Assembly (NCBI GenBank): GCA_030390025.1
Contig: CM059433.1
Location: 20,090,001-20,154,000 of the forward strand
Length of the DNA stretch: 64,000 bases
Source: Squalus acanthias
Lineage: Eukaryota
Direction: 5' to 3'
Of the stretch, positions 49,226 through 61,384 are shown one piece after another. A program made the position numbers and the translations under genes. The notes beneath the pieces are model-generated. The model was not told the DNA's origin and did no database searches. It saw only the letters and a list, made by a program, of their open reading frames with translations. How positions within the stretch are numbered: position 1 is the stretch's first letter; each line of letters begins with the position of its first letter.

Positions 49226-51274
49226 TAATCTTAGTAAGCATCATCATTGGAAGATTTTTTTTGCCAGATTTCCAAGCACATTGATCAATGTAGAACAAAT
49301 GTCAAAGCCACTGGCTAAATTTTTGAGCTTTTCTTCAAGTTTTCCAGTATAGAACAATGTCTAGTCACTTCTAATCTCTATGGCCTTACATTAATTGGTT
49401 AATCTGGTTTCACTTAAAACAGCAATGTTGATTTTGCAACATGATTGTCCTCTTTAATTGAGGGCTGCGTAATATTCTGAACCGTTGGTGTCCAGGCTTT
49501 TGCCCTGGATGTCATGTACATTCTACGTCACAGTGCTGGGTGGTTGGAATTTTGTCAATCACATGATTGAACTTACTTACAAGCTATGATACACTGATCA
49601 GTTTGAGAAAAAGTGGACAAGGTTTAGAGATATTTTCTAGCCCCTCCCTGTGCAGGGTGAGTAGTTTGATGCTCAAAGGGCTGCCCAGTTATCCAGAATG
49701 TTGTTGGGCCTTTTATTTGCAGGCCTGGAGCTCCCCTTGCCAGTATTATCTTGACCTGTTGCTTTGTCATTTGCCCATCGCCGTAGAGCTTCTAACTTCA
49801 ACTCCAGTCTCGAATGTTGCACTTGAATATGAGCAGATTTTATGCCTGGCATTGGTTGCACTGGCTTTTTCACTCATTCTCAAATATTTTGATTCACAAA
49901 CTCAAGATGGCTGGAGAAGTGTCTGGCCTCAGTAGTATGATTACCAAGTTCTCAGTGTCTGGAAGGAGATCTGCTGCTGCTGCTGCTGTTGCTGTTTTTT
50001 TTTAATGTCCAGCAATAAAGCAACCCTTCAAAAAACAACTGCCACCCACTGACTGACTGCGAGCTCCCATCCGTCGGCCCAGTTCGGGCGGGAACTTGTT
50101 GTGAAAACATACTGAGGATGACCTCAGGAAATCCCACAAGGTCGGCCCAATGCAATGTCAGCAAACGCCAAGCTCATGCTTCGTGGTCCTAATGTGTACT
50201 TTCATATCAGAAAATGTGAGTTTTGGGCAACATTTCAAGATGGAAACCAGCTGATATATACAAATGGAAAAGACAACTGCAAAATCCATTTTTGCTGACT
50301 AAATTTTCTCCCGGTGATAATTTTGGCTTTTTAATGCCTTTGTGTAAAGCAGCACATTGCTGTATCTAAAGGGAGGTCTCTAAGTAGATCAGGTTGTAAT
50401 AATTTCTGAGGCAACATTGAGTAATATAATATTTCCTTAAACTTAAAATATTCATTACACACTGGCAGTAAGTGATGCCATTTTAGTATCTCAACCTGTG
50501 TTGTAGAATTACAGACTTTCAGGACGATACAAACTAAAGCTTAATAAATTCTGATTCTACAATATGTTGTGTGGCAGATTGGACAACTGCCATTCAGTGA
50601 CTGCAGGAGTGGAAAAGAAAAATGCCACATTTACGACAACTTGATGTATTGGCTTAGTTCACATGAATATCATTAGTGTCACACTGCAGTGCACGCAAGG
50701 TGCATTTTCAGCATAAATTTTGTGAAAGTGAATTAAAAAAATTTAAATCCAGATTTCTGTCAAGCTTAAAGTGGTAACTTTTTTTCATTCGGTATTTAGA
50801 ATCGCATTTGTTCCAGTGAAATGCAAGCCTATACGATGAATGAATAAACCTGCTTTCTGCAGCGAGACATTGAATCAAGCCGCTAACTGATTGCTGCTCT
50901 TGGAGTATTTTTGATACTTCAAAACCTTGTGGGTTGCCAGCGTACTTGCAGCCAGAGACACGCAAATAAGTGACCTAAAAGATCCCAGCATTTTGGACGC
51001 CCAAATCCCCTCGATCTTTTACCAGCATCTATCGATCCCTCCGCCCGAACATATCTCCACCCATTATACTGGCCCCACCCTCAAGTTACAGATGTGAGTT
51101 TCCTGCGATTGCACTTGGTCGGAAGCTTTCTTCAAATTGTGACCAGAATTTCAGGCACACAGGCACCCGTACTCACCTGAAACAGGTACAAGTCAGCTGC
51201 TCCAGGAAGCATTGGAGCCATTCTCATCTCTTGTTACAGCAAACAGCCATTATACAGTCAATTTTTGAAATAAA

Positions 51275-52200
51275 ATGCTCTTTTACTGGTTCTACCACTG
51301 CTTGATATTATAATGGATGAGGAGGAGGAAGAGAACCAGAGACAGGAGGCCCGGAGAGTACAGCTGGATGCCCGGCCCAATGACTATTGGCCTCGACTGA
51401 CATTTCAGGAGATGTCTGAGGATCTGACTGTGCGACGGCCGAGCTTTACACAGGAGGCCGTCAGCCAACACTGCAACTTGCTCCGCGATGACTTAAAGAC
51501 CTGATCCCCATACAGCAGAACCTTAACTATAGAAATGAAGGTCACCACGGCCCTCAACTTTTGCGGGACTGGATCATTCCAGGCATCCACGGGGGACCTG
51601 TGCAGGATTAGTCAAGGGACAATGAGGGCCTACATTCGGCAGGTAATTGACACCCTGTTCATAGGGCTGGGGAATTCATCAGATTTGGCATGTCAGTGGT
51701 AGAGCAAAGGCAGAGTGCAATTAGTTTCTACAATATCAATGGCTTCCACAGAGCGCAAGGCAATTGATAGAACATGCGTCACACTGAAGGCTCCCCACCA
51801 GAATCTATAAAGAAAGGCCCTCAATGTTCAGATGGTTGCGACACCTGGCTGCACATCTTGCATGTGATCGCGCAGTACATGAGGGCCTGTCATGATGCAT
51901 TTGGTTATCGCACACATGCTCAGGGATGGGGGCCCAGTGGAAAGATGGATAATCGGCCTTAAGGTTGCCATTTTTATGACACCTTTTCATGTCCCACGGA
52001 CCGAAACTGATGAGAGATACAACCAATACATGTGTCCACCAGGCAGGTGGTTGCGAGGACCATCGGGGTGCTGAGGGGCCACTTCAGGTGCTTGGACTGA
52101 TATGGGGGTGTCCTCCAATATGTCCCAGAGAGGGTAGCTGTGTGCTGTTGCCCTGCACGATAATGATGGAAAGTCTGGACCTTAACATACTGAGGGAGGG
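51275..52200 (+). pseudogene. Harbinger (HARBI1-like) DDE transposase pseudogene, near full length
   Basis: RLTFQEMSE..RRPSFTQEAV, KVTTALNFCGTGSFQASTGDLCRISQ, GFHRAQG.ID, LNVQMV, HDAF, ERYN and RTIGVLRGHFRCLD..GGVLQY.PE. Confidence 0.9.
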
Positions 52201-54259
52201 GCTATTCGAAGCAGAAGATCCTGGAAGCGAGAGCCAGAGCCAAGGGACCTGGCGAATCTACAGGAGCCATCACGTTGAGAGGGCAGTGAAGTACTTTTGA
52301 AGTGTAGTCACTGTTGTAATGTAGGCAACGCAGCAGCCAATTTGCGCAGGCTGTAGAAAGTATATGCAGACCATTAATTCTTAATTTTTAATTCTCATAT
52401 ATCTTGAAATGCCAAAAGGTTTTTTTCAAAGTGAAATAAAGTTGTAACAAACAGTCTTTCACTGATAAGTGAACATGGAATGTGCTTTGATGTGCTTTAC
52501 TAAAAGGCAGCAAACATGGTTGTGACTGCAGGGGGTAGTCATAGACAACAGAGATAAACAAACCTCCTTAGATTTTGCAGACATCGCGTCTCTAATGATT
52601 TTTGGTGGCTAAAGGGGAGAAATCAAACCTTTGAAGTTTTGAAATGCAGAATACTAACGTAACACATGAACTGTAACCAAGTGGCTTTCTGCCACTTTTG
52701 TAAACTTTATGAGTGAATGAACAATTTGGGGCTTTGATAAAGGCAACTAATGGATAGCGACACAGGATGTGTGAGTGTGAACGTTTGACAACTCAAACAA
52801 CTTACGTCGAACATTTATGGAACATTTCACCATTGTTGAATGATTGATTTACTGCAAAAGGCAAGGAAAACTGTATAAAACACAATGGCTAAAGAATATC
52901 AGCACTGCAGTCGGAAGAAGGTGGATTGACCAGTCTTCTCGCTTACGAGGACCTACAATCAACGCTGGACTGATCATCGGCGGGTGGTTGTATGTATGAT
53001 TTCCCGTAACATTATTGGTGGACTGCTCGAATAGTGGTTGGGGTTTTGAATCTGTCTTAGGAACAATAAAAAGTTAAAGACAGAGCTGGTGTGTCTGGTG
53101 TAATTTCTCATAAGTCTCAAGACCGAACTCTAGAACCTGTTGGACGGGCCGAGGGGTAATTCCGCACATCTTCCAAGGCTTTTACCCAATGAGCGCCCAG
53201 CAGAGGCTACAACCAGAAGTAGAGTCAGTCACTGCTCTAACTTCAAACTTCAAAGATTATTTTATTCATAAAATGTTTCATAATTTTAAGTACAAAATGT
53301 TACAAATAAATACAAATGCTGCCTGCAAAGGTTAAACTATATTAATTTTTAACTAGGCCCGGAGAAACATATTTTAATCACGGTGTTTTATGGCATGTTA
53401 AACTCTCTTTAGAAATTTTAATAATTATTTACAAGAATAAACATTTAATGAACATTAGGAACCATTGAAAACTTGAGTTAAACCAATGTCAACTTTAGCA
53501 ATTGTTATAACTTTGACAAATTTAAATACAGATTTGTTTTTTTAATTAGAGATACATTTCCTGTGAATCAGTCATCTGTGAGAAGGGAAAGCTTTGAGAC
53601 AATGGAGATTCTGTACAGAGCAACTTAAGTGAACGAATTAAAAATCTTTTCTTCTACTTTTATAGTTCTCCACCCGAACACCTTGAGGCCACATTAGTTC
53701 TGTTCCAATTATGTCCAAACCACATCGGACAATTATGCTGATTTTTGCCCATTTTATCTTCGGCTGTCTGCTAATGAGATTGGCAGGAAATTTGAGCGTA
53801 ACTTGACATCGGCAGAATGGGCGCGGGAATGGGCGAAATCCCGGCTGCAAATTTCAGGCTGTGCCCACTTGGGAAATTCCAGGCCAACTGGTTATATTTG
53901 CACAAAGAACACAGTACGCATAAATAGATGATAATTATATGTAATATCTTGCATTAACATTTATGAGCTGGGGAAAAGAATCCATAATACTTGTTAAAAC
54001 TTTTTTCCAAACCAGATTTGCCACACCACATCACGTCACAATATGCTAATATTGTTTCAGCGCTGTTTTTGGTAACTTCTGGGAACTGTATTTAAAATAT
54101 GCTGAATTCTGCATCATCTGAATTTCTTGCTTAGTAAAAATCTAATTAAACCAACTGATTAAACAGAAGTTTTTTATTCCTATTTTGTGCTAGTTTGTTG
54201 TTAGTTCATCGCTGATGCTCTTTTCCTGTCCAATAAACTGGTTACAATTACAACATAAT

Positions 54260-54998
54260 GGCCCGGACTTTGAGATCAGCGGTGAAGTGATGGTGCTCGC
54301 CGTTGACCTTGAAGGAATCTGCCCGCAAAGATCGAGCGAGCTCTGTGACGTTGATTTCACCTCTCACGATTTGATTCTGCCGCCAAGTTAAGGAAATCTC
54401 CAACGTTCAGCAACAGTGATGTCATCAAGCTGGCTAAGCAGCCAATCACATTGAGGAATTCTCACAGACAGCAAACCAGGAAGTAAAATGCACTGATTTT
54501 CCTCCACGTTTTAAATCATTTTATAGAGAACGAAATAAAGATTGGGACATACGCATGGGATTAAGGTAGAAGCTGAAAAATCATAAACCAACTTTAAAAT
54601 ATATATATATTGTATTAAAAAACTTGGAATTTTTATCATGAGGGAAACATTTGACATTCCACAAATATAAATTAGTTTTTCAGGGCCAGAATGGTTGTTC
54701 ACCAGTAATTATGACTGAATACACCATTAAAAACCGAATGGCCTCCTTCTGTGCCATAAATTTCTATGATTCTATGTAAAAGAGGAAATTTTCATCAGTT
54801 CAGTGATTTCAATTGATTAGCAGGCTCCGGGGAGTTCAACAATGTGCCGGTGGAGGAGCAGGGAATGACGGACAGCAACTTCTGGATTTCCACGTTTAAA
54901 TGCGTAAGTGCATACTCCAAAAGTTGCTGTCAGATTCACAGAGTAATGATGGCAAATGCTGACAGTTTTGCCGTCATTACAACCGCAAATTCCGGGCC
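54260..54998. mobile_element. MITE
   Basis: TIRs GGCCCGGACTTTG / CAAATTCCGGGCC; contains a CR1 tail scrap at 54733-54776. Confidence 0.75.
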
Positions 54999-55639
54999 AT
55001 TACATCCATCGATTTTTAAAGTTGAACTAATTGGTTTCTGATCAAGATCTTTATATGCAAAATATGGTTTTCCTTTATAGCATATGGAAATAATTGTGAA
55101 TTAATCATGAAGCTGGGGATTTTGTCAGTTTGAGGCCAGCTATATTAAGAGGGTTATTGGACATAATTCAGCCCAGCATTCCACTCTTGATATGTGAGGC
55201 TTTGGAAAGTAAATGGAATGAAACTGAAGTAATGCGAGCAAACTTGCATCATTGTCATCTTCCATTATTGCGGGAGTAAAACATTTGTGTCAGAAATTCA
55301 AAACTAAATATGAAATATAAAAAGTATACACAGGTCCTCATTTCAGTTTATATAAGCTGCTCCCTCAGAATAAAGGATGTTCTTTGCTATTTAAAAAAAA
55401 AAATCCAACTTAATGCCGTTTAGCAGTTTCTGGGCATCTACATTCATAAGTCCTAAAAACAGTGATTATTGCCCATAGTCCCTAATAATGTGAAACTACT
55501 CTAATGTACTGAGGAAGACTGGTAAAAACGATCGCAATTTAATGAGAAGGACTGCATTGCACCTTTAATACTTCTTAATGTGATATCTTCGTGTTAAATG
55601 CTAATTTAGACATTTGTGTTTAAAAGCGAGTAATAGCCC

Positions 55640-55860
55640 ACTAGGCACACAGTTCTTTAACATCTGGAAACCTGGTTTGAATCCATCCCAGTGTGATCCA
55701 TTGGAAACCTTTGGTTGTAAGAGTGTTAAGTAAAATAAGATTGGGCACTTTGAACTCATTTCCGAGTGGGACTTCGATCACTAGCACTAAATTGATCATT
55801 GATTAGCACAAAGGGATACAAGAATGCTTGTTGGGAAAGGCTGTTGAGGAGAACCAAAAT
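55640..55860 (+). mobile_element. Highly degraded tRNA-SINE, possibly LF-SINE-related
   Basis: CTTTAACATCTGGAAACCTGGTTTGAATCCATCCCAG and GTAAAATAAGATTGGG..TTCCGAGTGGGAC resemble recalled LF-SINE segments (CTTTCACCTCT..GGTTCAAATCCAGCCCAG; GTGAAATGAGTTGG..TTCCTAGTGGAC). Confidence 0.35.
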
Positions 55861-56400
55861 AAGTATTAATAGAGGCGCGAGGACAACGAAAGGGCAGATT
55901 ACAGGAACATAGCAAGATACAGGATTGGAAAAGACTATTGCGGTCCATCTGGCTATTCCAGATGAAATTGAAAAAGAAGTCTAAAGAATTGTGTTTAGTT
56001 ATATGATAAGTGGACTGAATATTAAAAAGCAGTCAGACTGTTAATTTTGGACAAACATGTTTTGGAGAATCAGGAACTGACAGATGTGGTAAATTATCCT
56101 TTTCACATCAGCCTTCACAATTAAAAACATAAATTAACCAGTATTTTAACACAGGTATCTGTAACCTATGCGGAGACCAGTAATATATGTTATGAAGGAA
56201 ATAAAGGGATTAGGGGCTGACATACTTGCTTCAAAAAGCTTCATAGAAAAATATTTGCATGTAAAAGGTGGTGTCATGGGGAGAAAGCAGCAACGTTAAA
56301 GATTATAAATGAACATCTACTACAAGAATTTACAGCTATGGAGGCACAGTACTCAATATTATCTGGAAGTTCAGAGCTAGTTTATATGAGGATTATGTTT

Positions 56401-57108
56401 GGGCGTGATCTTGCCAGTCCTGGGGAGGCGGGTATGGAGACGGAACTGCCGGGAAAATGGCAGAATCTGGGGGCGGGTGCCCATCCCAACAGGCAGTTAA
56501 GAGGATTATCCCCATTTTTCCAGGAGAGGCGCGGGCTTCCCGATGTCAGGAAACCCCGCCAGGGTCACCGAGGCGAGCAGTGGGTCTGCAGGGGTCTGCG
56601 GGGTGCAAAAGTGCGCTGTGAAGGTAAGTGATGGGTGCAAGTGTGGAGAGGTAAGTATGTGAGGTGAGTGCAAATTGATAGAAAATGTTTACTTACCTTT
56701 GTTTCTTCCTGCAGGCTTCAACAGTTGGGGATGCGGAGAGTCTCGCATTTCACCGGCAGAGGTGATAGATGGCTGCTGCATTCTCCGATGCAACAACCAT
56801 CTCATTTCTGCTAAAGAAAGAGGTTTGATGAGTTTTGAATACAAGGACTCATCAAACAACATAGAATGTCAGTGTTTGACAGCTTCACAGAGCTGTCAAA
56901 CGATGACAAATTACAGATGAAACGTCATATGCTGACGTTCTCTGTAATCAGCTTCCCCTTAATTGGCCTGCTAAGCCTGCTGGGCGGGCTTAACAAGGTC
57001 AATCAAGGGAAAATAGCGTGGGTTGGCCACAAATCGATGGAGGCGGGACAACGACCCGACAAGCAGCAGACCCGCCTCCAATGCGCCCCCATTGGCAAAA
57101 TCGCCCCC
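56401..57108 (+). mobile_element. MITE family B copy 1
   Basis: TIRs GGGCGTGATCTTGCCA / TGGCAAAATCGCCCCC; reverse-complement homolog of 59997-60820. Confidence 0.8.
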
Positions 57109-57417
57109 TAAGAGTTGTTAGGAACAGGGGAGCAGTGCATATAGTAATGGAGTCTTCTAACCTCATGCATGTAGCAGCCATTGCTAGGCATATTGTGATG
57201 GATGGAGGGGAAGAGGAGGAGGATAGGGAGACCAGGAGTTTGGACCTCCTGCCTGGGATAGTACTTATTGATACCCATGGTCTGACTCCATGCCGCATGT
57301 CTAGCCCAATATGATTAGGTATCTTGGTATGATGCGGAGATGCCGGTGTTGGACTGGGGTGGACAAAAGTGAGAAGTCGCACAACACCAGGTTATAGTCC
57401 AACAGTTTTATTTGAAA

Positions 57418-57455
57418 TCACAAGCTTTCGGAGCTGCTGCCCCTTCGTCAGGTGA
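57418..57455 (-). ncRNA. Minimal type I hammerhead ribozyme in the left pLTR
   Basis: Reverse complement of 59848-59885. Confidence 0.8.
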
Positions 57456-57769
57456 AGTGAAGGAATACGAATCGGCAAAGCATATATAGACAGAGAACAA
57501 TGCCTGTGTAGCGTACAATCTCAGATGACTACAGTTAATCTATCTGACTGCCTTTCATCACACCTCGGCAGAGAAACAATCAGGTCAGCCAGGAAGGCAC
57601 CACATCAAAGACATAGCAAGATACAACTGAGACAATGAGGTGGGGTCACAGGGGGTCTAATGTGTCAAATGCAGTCTGTATGGAAAACCATAAACTTTAA
57701 AATTTTTACTTTTTTTTACTGGAAATCACATCTGTGAACAAGCCAACGATGACTCGAGTCTGGATGACT

Positions 57770-59342
57770 CTACATCGTGTAGCGTGACATGAACCCAAGA
57801 TCTCGGTTGAGGCCGTCCTCGTGGGTGCGGAACTTGGCTATCAGTTTCTGCTCGATGATTTTGCGTTGTCGTGTTTCTCGAAGGCCGCCTTGGAGAACGC
57901 TTACCCGCAGATCCGAGGCTGAATGTCCTTGACTGCTGAAGTGTTCCCCGACTGGGAGGTAACAATCCTGCCTGGCGATTGTTGCGCAGTGTCCGTTCAT
58001 ACGTTGTCTCAGTGTCTGCATGGTCTCGCCGATGTACCATGCATCCTTTCCTGCAACGTATGAGGTAGACAACGTTGGCCGAGTCACATGAGTATGCACC
58101 ATGTACCTGGTGGGTAGTGTCCTCACGTGTGATGATGGTATCTGTGTTGATGATCTGGCATGTCTTGCAGAGGTTGCCGTGGCAGGGTTGTGTGGTGTCG
58201 TGGTCGCTGTTATCCTGAAAGCTGGGTAATTTGCTGCGAACGATGGTACTTCTGAGGTTAGGCGGCTGTTTGAAGGTGAGTAGTGGAGGCGTGGGGATGG
58301 CCTTAGCGAGGTGTTCGTCGTCATCGATGACATGTTGAAGGCTGCGAAGAACATGGCGTAGTTTCTCCGCTCCGGGGAAGTACTGGATGACGTAGGGTAC
58401 CCTGTTGGTTGTGTCCCGTGTTCGCCTTCTGAGGAGGTCTATGCGATTTTTCACTGTGGCCCGTCGGAACTGTCGATCGATGAGTCGAGCGTCATATCCC
58501 GTTCTTATGAGGGCATCTTTCAGCGTCCGTAGGTGTCCATCGCGTTCCTCCTCGTCTGAGCAGATCCTGTGTATTCGCAGGGCTTGTCCATAGGGGATGG
58601 CTTCTTTAACGTGGTTAGGGTGGAAGCTGGAGAAGTGGAGCATCATGAGGTTGTCCGTGGGCTTGCGGTAGTGTGAAGTGCTGAGGTGTCCGTCTTTGAT
58701 GGAGATTCGTGTGTCCAGGAATGAAACCGATTCTGAGGAGTAGTCCATGGTGAGTTTGATGGTGGGATGGAACTTGTTGATGTTATCGTGTAGTCTTTTC
58801 AGTGATCCTTCGCCGTGGGTCCAAAGGAAGAAAATGTCATTGATGTATCTGGTGTACAGCGTTGGTTGGAGGTCCTGTGCAGCGAAGAAGTCTTGCTCGA
58901 ACTTGTGCATGAAGATGTTGGCGTATTGGGGTGCGAATTTGGTCCCCATGGCTGTTCCGTGTGTTTGGGTAAAAAACTGGTTGTCGAAGGTGAAGACATT
59001 GTGGTCAAGGATGAAGCGGATGAGTTGTAGGATGGTGTCTGGAGATTGGCTGTTGTTGGTGTTGAGTACTGAGGCTGTCGCAGCGATGCTGTCATCGTGG
59101 GGGATACTGGTGTAGAGTGCCGATACGTCCATCGTGGCGAGGAGTGTTCCTGGTTCAACTGGTCCATGGGTGCTGAGTTTCTGTAAGAAGTTTGTGGTGT
59201 CGCGACAGAAGCTGGGGGTTCCCTGTACGATGGGTTTCAGGATGCCCTCGACGTATCCAGAGAGGTTCTCACACAGGGTTCCGTTGCCTGATACGATAGG
59301 ACGTCCGGGTGTGTTGGCTTTGTGTATCTTTGGGAGGCAGTA
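57770..59342 (-). pseudogene. Penelope RT / GIY-YIG endonuclease ORF, 5'-truncated
   Basis: YCLPKIHKANTPGRPIVS, MDVSALYTSIPH, GTAMGTKFAP, RYINDIFF (DD>ND), YRKPTD and CKTC, then NVVYLIRC / (frameshift) WYIGET..LRQRMNGH..EQKLIAKF..GLN. Confidence 0.93.
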
Positions 59343-59847
59343 GTTCCCAGTCGGGGAACACTTCAGCAGTCAAGGACATTCAGCCTCGGATCTGCGGGTA
59401 AGCGTTCTCCAAGGCAGCCTTTGAGACACACGACAATGCAAAATCATCGAGCAGAAACTGATAGCCAAGTTCCGCACCCATGAGGATGGCCTCAACCGAG
59501 ATCTTGGGTTCATGTCACGCTACACGACGTAGAGTAATCCAGACTCGAGTCGTCGTTGGCTTGTTCACAGATGTGATATCCAGTAAAAAAAAAGTAAAAA
59601 TGTTAAAGTTTATGGTTTTCCATACAGACTGCATTTGACACATTAGACCCCCTGTGACCCCACCTCATTGTCTCAGTTGTATCTTGCTATGTCTTTGATG
59701 TGGTGCCTTCCTGGCTGACCTGATTGTTTCTCTGCCGAGGTGTGATGAAAGGCAGTCAGATAGATTAACTGTAGTCGTCTGAGACTGTACGCTACACAGG
59801 CATTGTTCTCTGTCTATATATGCTTTGCCGATTCGTATTCCTTCACT

Positions 59848-59885
59848 TCACCTGACGAAGGGGCAGCAGCTCCGAAAGCTTGTGA
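59848..59885 (+). ncRNA. Minimal type I hammerhead ribozyme in the right pLTR
   Basis: TCAC-CTGACGA-A-GGGGC agca GCTCC-GAAA-GCTT-GTGA: intact CUGANGA and GAAA boxes, stems I and II, palindromic stem III AAGCTT. Confidence 0.8.
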
Positions 59886-59996
59886 TTTCAAATAAAACTG
59901 TTGGACTATAACCTGGTGTTGTGCGACTTCTCACTTTTGTATCTTGGTATGGTGGAGGAACAGTGCATGAGGAGCCTTAAGCTCACCAGGGAAATA

Positions 59997-60820
59997 GGGC
60001 TGGATTTTGTCAATGGGGTGGGATTGCTGATTTTCGGGTTTCAGTCCCACCCCCAACGACGTCTGACCAACTCACGTTATTTTCCCTTGATTAACCTTGT
60101 TAAGCCTGTCCTGTGGGCTTAGCCGGCCAATTAAGGGAAAGCTGGTGACAGCTAACATCAGCGTATGATGTTTCATCTGTCGAAAAATTTTTGACAGATG
60201 AATTGTCAGTGTTTGACAGCTTTGAGAAGCTGCCAAACACTGACAATCTCTGTTCTAAGGTGAGCCCTTGCACAGAAGACTCACCAAAACCTCTCACCTC
60301 AGCAGAAAGCAGATGGCTGCTGCATCTGAGAATGCAGCAGCCATTCTGTCATCTCTGCTGTTGAGATGAGTCACCTCTGGATCCCCAAGGGTTGAAGCCT
60401 GCAGGAAGAAGCAAAGGTAAGTAAACTTTTTCTAACACTTTACACTCACCTCTCATACTTAACTCTCCACACTTGCACCCATCACTTACCTCTACAGCGG
60501 ACTTTTCGACCCCTCTCACCCCCGCAGACCCACTGCTCGCCTCGCTGACCCTGGCGAGGTTCGCAGCCGTTGGGAAGCCCGCACTTGCAGGGGTAAAATG
60601 GGAATAAGCCTCAAAACTGCCTGTTAACAGGCAGTTAATTGGCTCTAATCCCCTTCCCGCCTCGAGGAGATGGGTCCCTGCGCGAGTTGGGGACCCGTCT
60701 CCCGGGAAGATGGCACGGAGGTGGGTTGGGAGCGGGGTCGGTACCCGCTCCCAGTTTCTGCCATTTTCCCGGCAGTCCCACCTCCATCCCTGCCTCCCCA
60801 GGGCTGGGAAAATTCCCCCC
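59997..60820 (-). mobile_element. MITE family B copy 2 with 3-bp TSD ATA
   Basis: ATA at 59994-59996 and 60821-60823; TIRs GGGCTGGATTTT / AAAATTCCCCCC; excision restores the host reading frame. Confidence 0.88.
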
Positions 60821-61384
60821 ATAGTGACTAAGATGTGCCACCTGGTTCATCAAGACCTGTAAGGGCAGTCAACCACCCACAATGCGCTGCCGGTGCCATT
60901 GTAGGTCACCACTGCCCTCAACCTTTATACCACAAGGATCTTCCAAGTACAATCAAGAATATCTTGAGTCTCTTGCCATGCCATGTGTTGCTGCATTGAG
61001 GAGGTAACTGATGTATGATAAGAATAGGAATTTCTAACTTTGGTTTTATATAGTTGTAAATAGCTAGGATACTCTGTATTAAAAATGCAACAGCCAGCTG
61101 TGTTTCTGGGATGTCTTTATCAAATATCCTTGGTTCTGTGTCAAAGTTAGATTGATGAATGGCTAATCAACATGACTGGATGTGACGCAAATAGGCTTCA
61201 TCATTGTTGCATTGATTGACGCACTTTGTGTTAAATGTTCATTGACGCTGCCTGTCAAGTAAGCTCATCAAACTGTTATTTCATATATTTATTCAATGTG
61301 GATACTTAACATAAATGTATCTTTAATTAAAAGAACAGAATAAAACAAATGCAGATTATGTGAATTCTTTGCTGATCAGTGTGA

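Larger units (their letters stand above)
57332..59940 (-). mobile_element. Penelope-like element (RT + GIY-YIG) with inverted pseudo-LTRs
   Basis: Inverted repeat 57363-57957 versus 59345-59940; TSD GTATCTTGGTATG (57319-57331 and 59939-59951). Confidence 0.93.
57190..61015 (+). pseudogene. Harbinger transposase 5' region split into three pieces by two insertions
   Basis: Pieces 57190-57331, 59952-59996 and 60824-61015 rejoin in frame as IRYLGMVEEQCMRSLKLTREIVTKMCHLVHQDL*GQSTTHNALPVPL*VTTALNLY. Confidence 0.85.

Noticed and set aside
3154..59940. Minus-strand bias of young LINEs implying a plus-strand host intron
   Set aside because: Too few elements and several plus-strand counterexamples (RTE, L2, CR1, Gypsy).
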